A stretch of 64,000 nucleotides of DNA from Octopus sinensis (taxonomy: Eukaryota): contig NC_043015.1 of the NCBI RefSeq assembly GCF_006345805.1, positions 40,424,001-40,488,000 of the forward strand, in the 5' to 3' direction. Below the pieces are notes generated by a model that was given only the letters and a program-made list of their open reading frames with translations, made no database searches and had not been told where the DNA came from. Of this stretch, positions 61,623 to 64,000 are shown in pieces; position 1 is the stretch's first letter; each line of letters begins with the position of its first letter. Position numbers and translations under genes: made by a program.

Positions 61623-62505
61623 TGTATATATATGTATGTACATATATATGTGTGTGTTCTTTTAGTCTTTTACTCTTTTGCATGTTTCAGTCATTTGGCT
61701 GCGGCCATGCTGGAGCATCGCCTTTTAGTCGAACAAATCGACCCCAGGACTTACTCTTTCTAAACCTAGTACTTATTCTATTGGTCACTTTTGCCAAACA
61801 AATAAGTTACGGAGATGTAAACTCACCAACATCAGTTGTCAAGCGATAGTAGGGAGACAAACAGACACACAAATACACACACACACATATATATACGACA
61901 GGCTTCTTTCAGTTTCCATCTACCAAATCCACTCACAAGGCTTTGGTCAGCCCAAGGTGCCATGCAGTGGGACTGAACCTGGAACCATGTGAAATAATTG
62001 ACATATGTGCATGCATGTATGTATGTAGAGATATGTGTGTATACATACATACATACATATATATATATATATCATTCATTCCTTTTATGTCTGTTTCCCA
62101 TGCTAGCATGAGTTGGATGACTACTTCTTAAAGCATTATTTTACAGCCGGATATGACCTTCCTGTCAAGGATCGAAGAGAAATAATGCAGCTTATTGCTA
62201 ACATCTCATTCATTCATAAACACAACCGACAGCTCAAAGTCTGGCTGTCTGCACCACCACAACCACCACCACTACCACCACCACCACCCTATCTCATCCC
62301 CAACCCCCCTCTCTACCTAATACTTCATTAGAGTTACTTTCGAGATGTGTGGACACATGTTGTGTGACATGTGGCAGTATTGATGGAGTGCTATGTGGTA
62401 GTAAAAGGCAGGCGACCAAATCACTTTACGAAGCTTCAAGTGGGGTGGGCATGAATGGAATCAGAAGATGGAATATTTTCCCCAGGCTGTTTCTTAAGCA
62501 ACAGC

Positions 62506-62780
62506 ATCCTTATGTAATGATGTCCTGGTGTAAAGGACATTCTTATGTAATGATGTCCTGGTATAATGATGTCCCAGTGTAATGACATCCTTATGTAATG
62601 ATGTCCTGGTGTAAAGGACGTTCTTATGTAATGATGTCCTGGTGTAATGATGTCCCAGTGTAATGACATCCTTATGTAATGATGTCCTGGTGTAAAGGAC
62701 GTTCTTATGTAATGATGTCCTGGTGTAATGATGTCCCAGTGTAATGACATTCTGATGTAATGATGTCCTGATGTAATGAC
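62506..62780. repeat. Minisatellite with 81-bp higher-order period
   Basis: ATCCTTATG recurs at 62506, 62587 and 62668; each unit is built of 16-17-bp GTAATGATGTCC-type subunits. Confidence 0.9.
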
Positions 62781-63350
62781 ACTCTCATGGAATGACGTAA
62801 GGATGTTCTGATGATGAGAAAGTCAGGAATGATGGAGAAAACTAATGGATTAATTATAGCCAATAAGGAAAAGATGAAATCAAATACACACAGAGATGCA
62901 TATATATATATATATACACATATGCACATAAACATGCACAGACGTACATATACACACACATATACGGAGATGAAGAAACAACGCAATAAAAATTGAAAGT
63001 TGGTATTTGGGAAAGCAGTAGAGAATGTCTGTGTATATGGGAGTGGAATCTGTGAGACGCAGAGAGATTGAGATGTGTGTGTATATATGTGGTACGTGTG
63101 TGTATATAAAGACCATGGATAAGGAATAAGAATTATGAGAATAGAATATTTGATTTTGAGTCTATGGATTGGGTATGGGTGGATTGTGTGTGTGTACATG
63201 TGGGTTGTGAATGTGGGTATGTGTGTGTCAATGTATAGATTGTGTGTGTGTACGTGTGGGTTGTGAACGTGGGTGTGTGTGTGTGTGTGTGAATACATAG
63301 ATTGTGTGTGTGTGTATGTGAGTGGATTGTGAGTGTGTGTGTCATTGTAT

Positions 63351-63381
<31 letters not shown>

Positions 63382-64000
63382 ACAGTGTGGGTTGTGAATG
63401 TGGGTGTGTGTGTATCAATACATGGATCATGTGTGTCAACGTATGGATTGTATGTTTATATGGAACTAATATAGATTGTATGTGTCTGTCAATGGATTAA
63501 TGTGTGTGTGTATGTGTGTATCTGACATCTTGTTTGAGCATCTTCACCACTGGTTGGAATGAAGCAGACAAAACATTCCAGAAACCATTCCACAGCAACA
63601 ACAACAAGACTGGCATCAATAATATATATATTAGGCTGAAGGAAATATACAGAAGAAAATTGTAGTAGTAGTAGTGGTAGTGGTGGTGGTGATAGTGATG
63701 TTAATCATCATCATCATCATCATCATTATATAGGTGTAGGAGTGGCTGTGTAGTAAGTAGCTTGCTTACCAACCACATGGTTCTGGGTTCAGTCCCACTG
63801 CGTGGCACCTTGGGCAAGTGTCTTCTACTATATAGCCTCAGGTCGACCAAAGCCTTGTAAGAGGATTTGGTAGACGGAAACTGAAAGAAGCCCGTCGTGT
63901 ATATGTATATATATGTGTGTGTGTGTGTATCTGTGTTTGTCCCCCAACATCGCTTGACAACCAATGTTGGTGTGTTTACATCCCACGTAACTTAGCAGTC

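Noticed and set aside
52860-64000. Further upstream FNDC3 exons or the promoter
   Set aside because: No segment with splice sites and similarity to the FNDC3 N-terminal motifs (VILVxVNPGE, GPAxVPM) was found; they probably lie beyond the window.

Overview
Eukaryotic, AT-rich, microsatellite-dense genomic DNA. The repeat content looks to me like an octopus genome; this is recalled, not verified. The window lies inside one large minus-strand gene, the FNDC3A/FNDC3B orthologue (Drosophila miles to go/mtgo family). I reconstructed 15 consecutive GT-AG coding exons between 52758 and ~685. Their phases chain without a stop (1851 nt, 617 codons): the His/Pro-rich N-terminal region, FN3 repeats 1-4 and most of repeat 5. 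The gene continues beyond both window ends. Nearly all ORFs in the supplied track are artefacts of simple repeats. The introns hold 5'-truncated RTE LINE 3' ends with modular hairpin arrays, at least three tRNA-headed SINE families, CR1, R4/Dong-like and older LINE fragments, two Tc1/mariner relics, piggyBac-type MITEs and a Helitron. The notable observations are: (1) a 345-bp TSD-flanked insertion combining a tRNA-like Pol III head, a minimal hammerhead ribozyme fold and a Penelope-type inverted repeat, in the pre-mRNA sense, plus two related hammerhead-like relics; (2) inverted-repeat pairs bracketing specific FNDC3 exons, including a perfect 35-bp pair around an in-frame 54-nt exon; (3) two long fold-back structures that would make intronic dsRNA. 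Exon, TSD and motif coordinates were counted by hand; repeat-copy boundaries are approximate.
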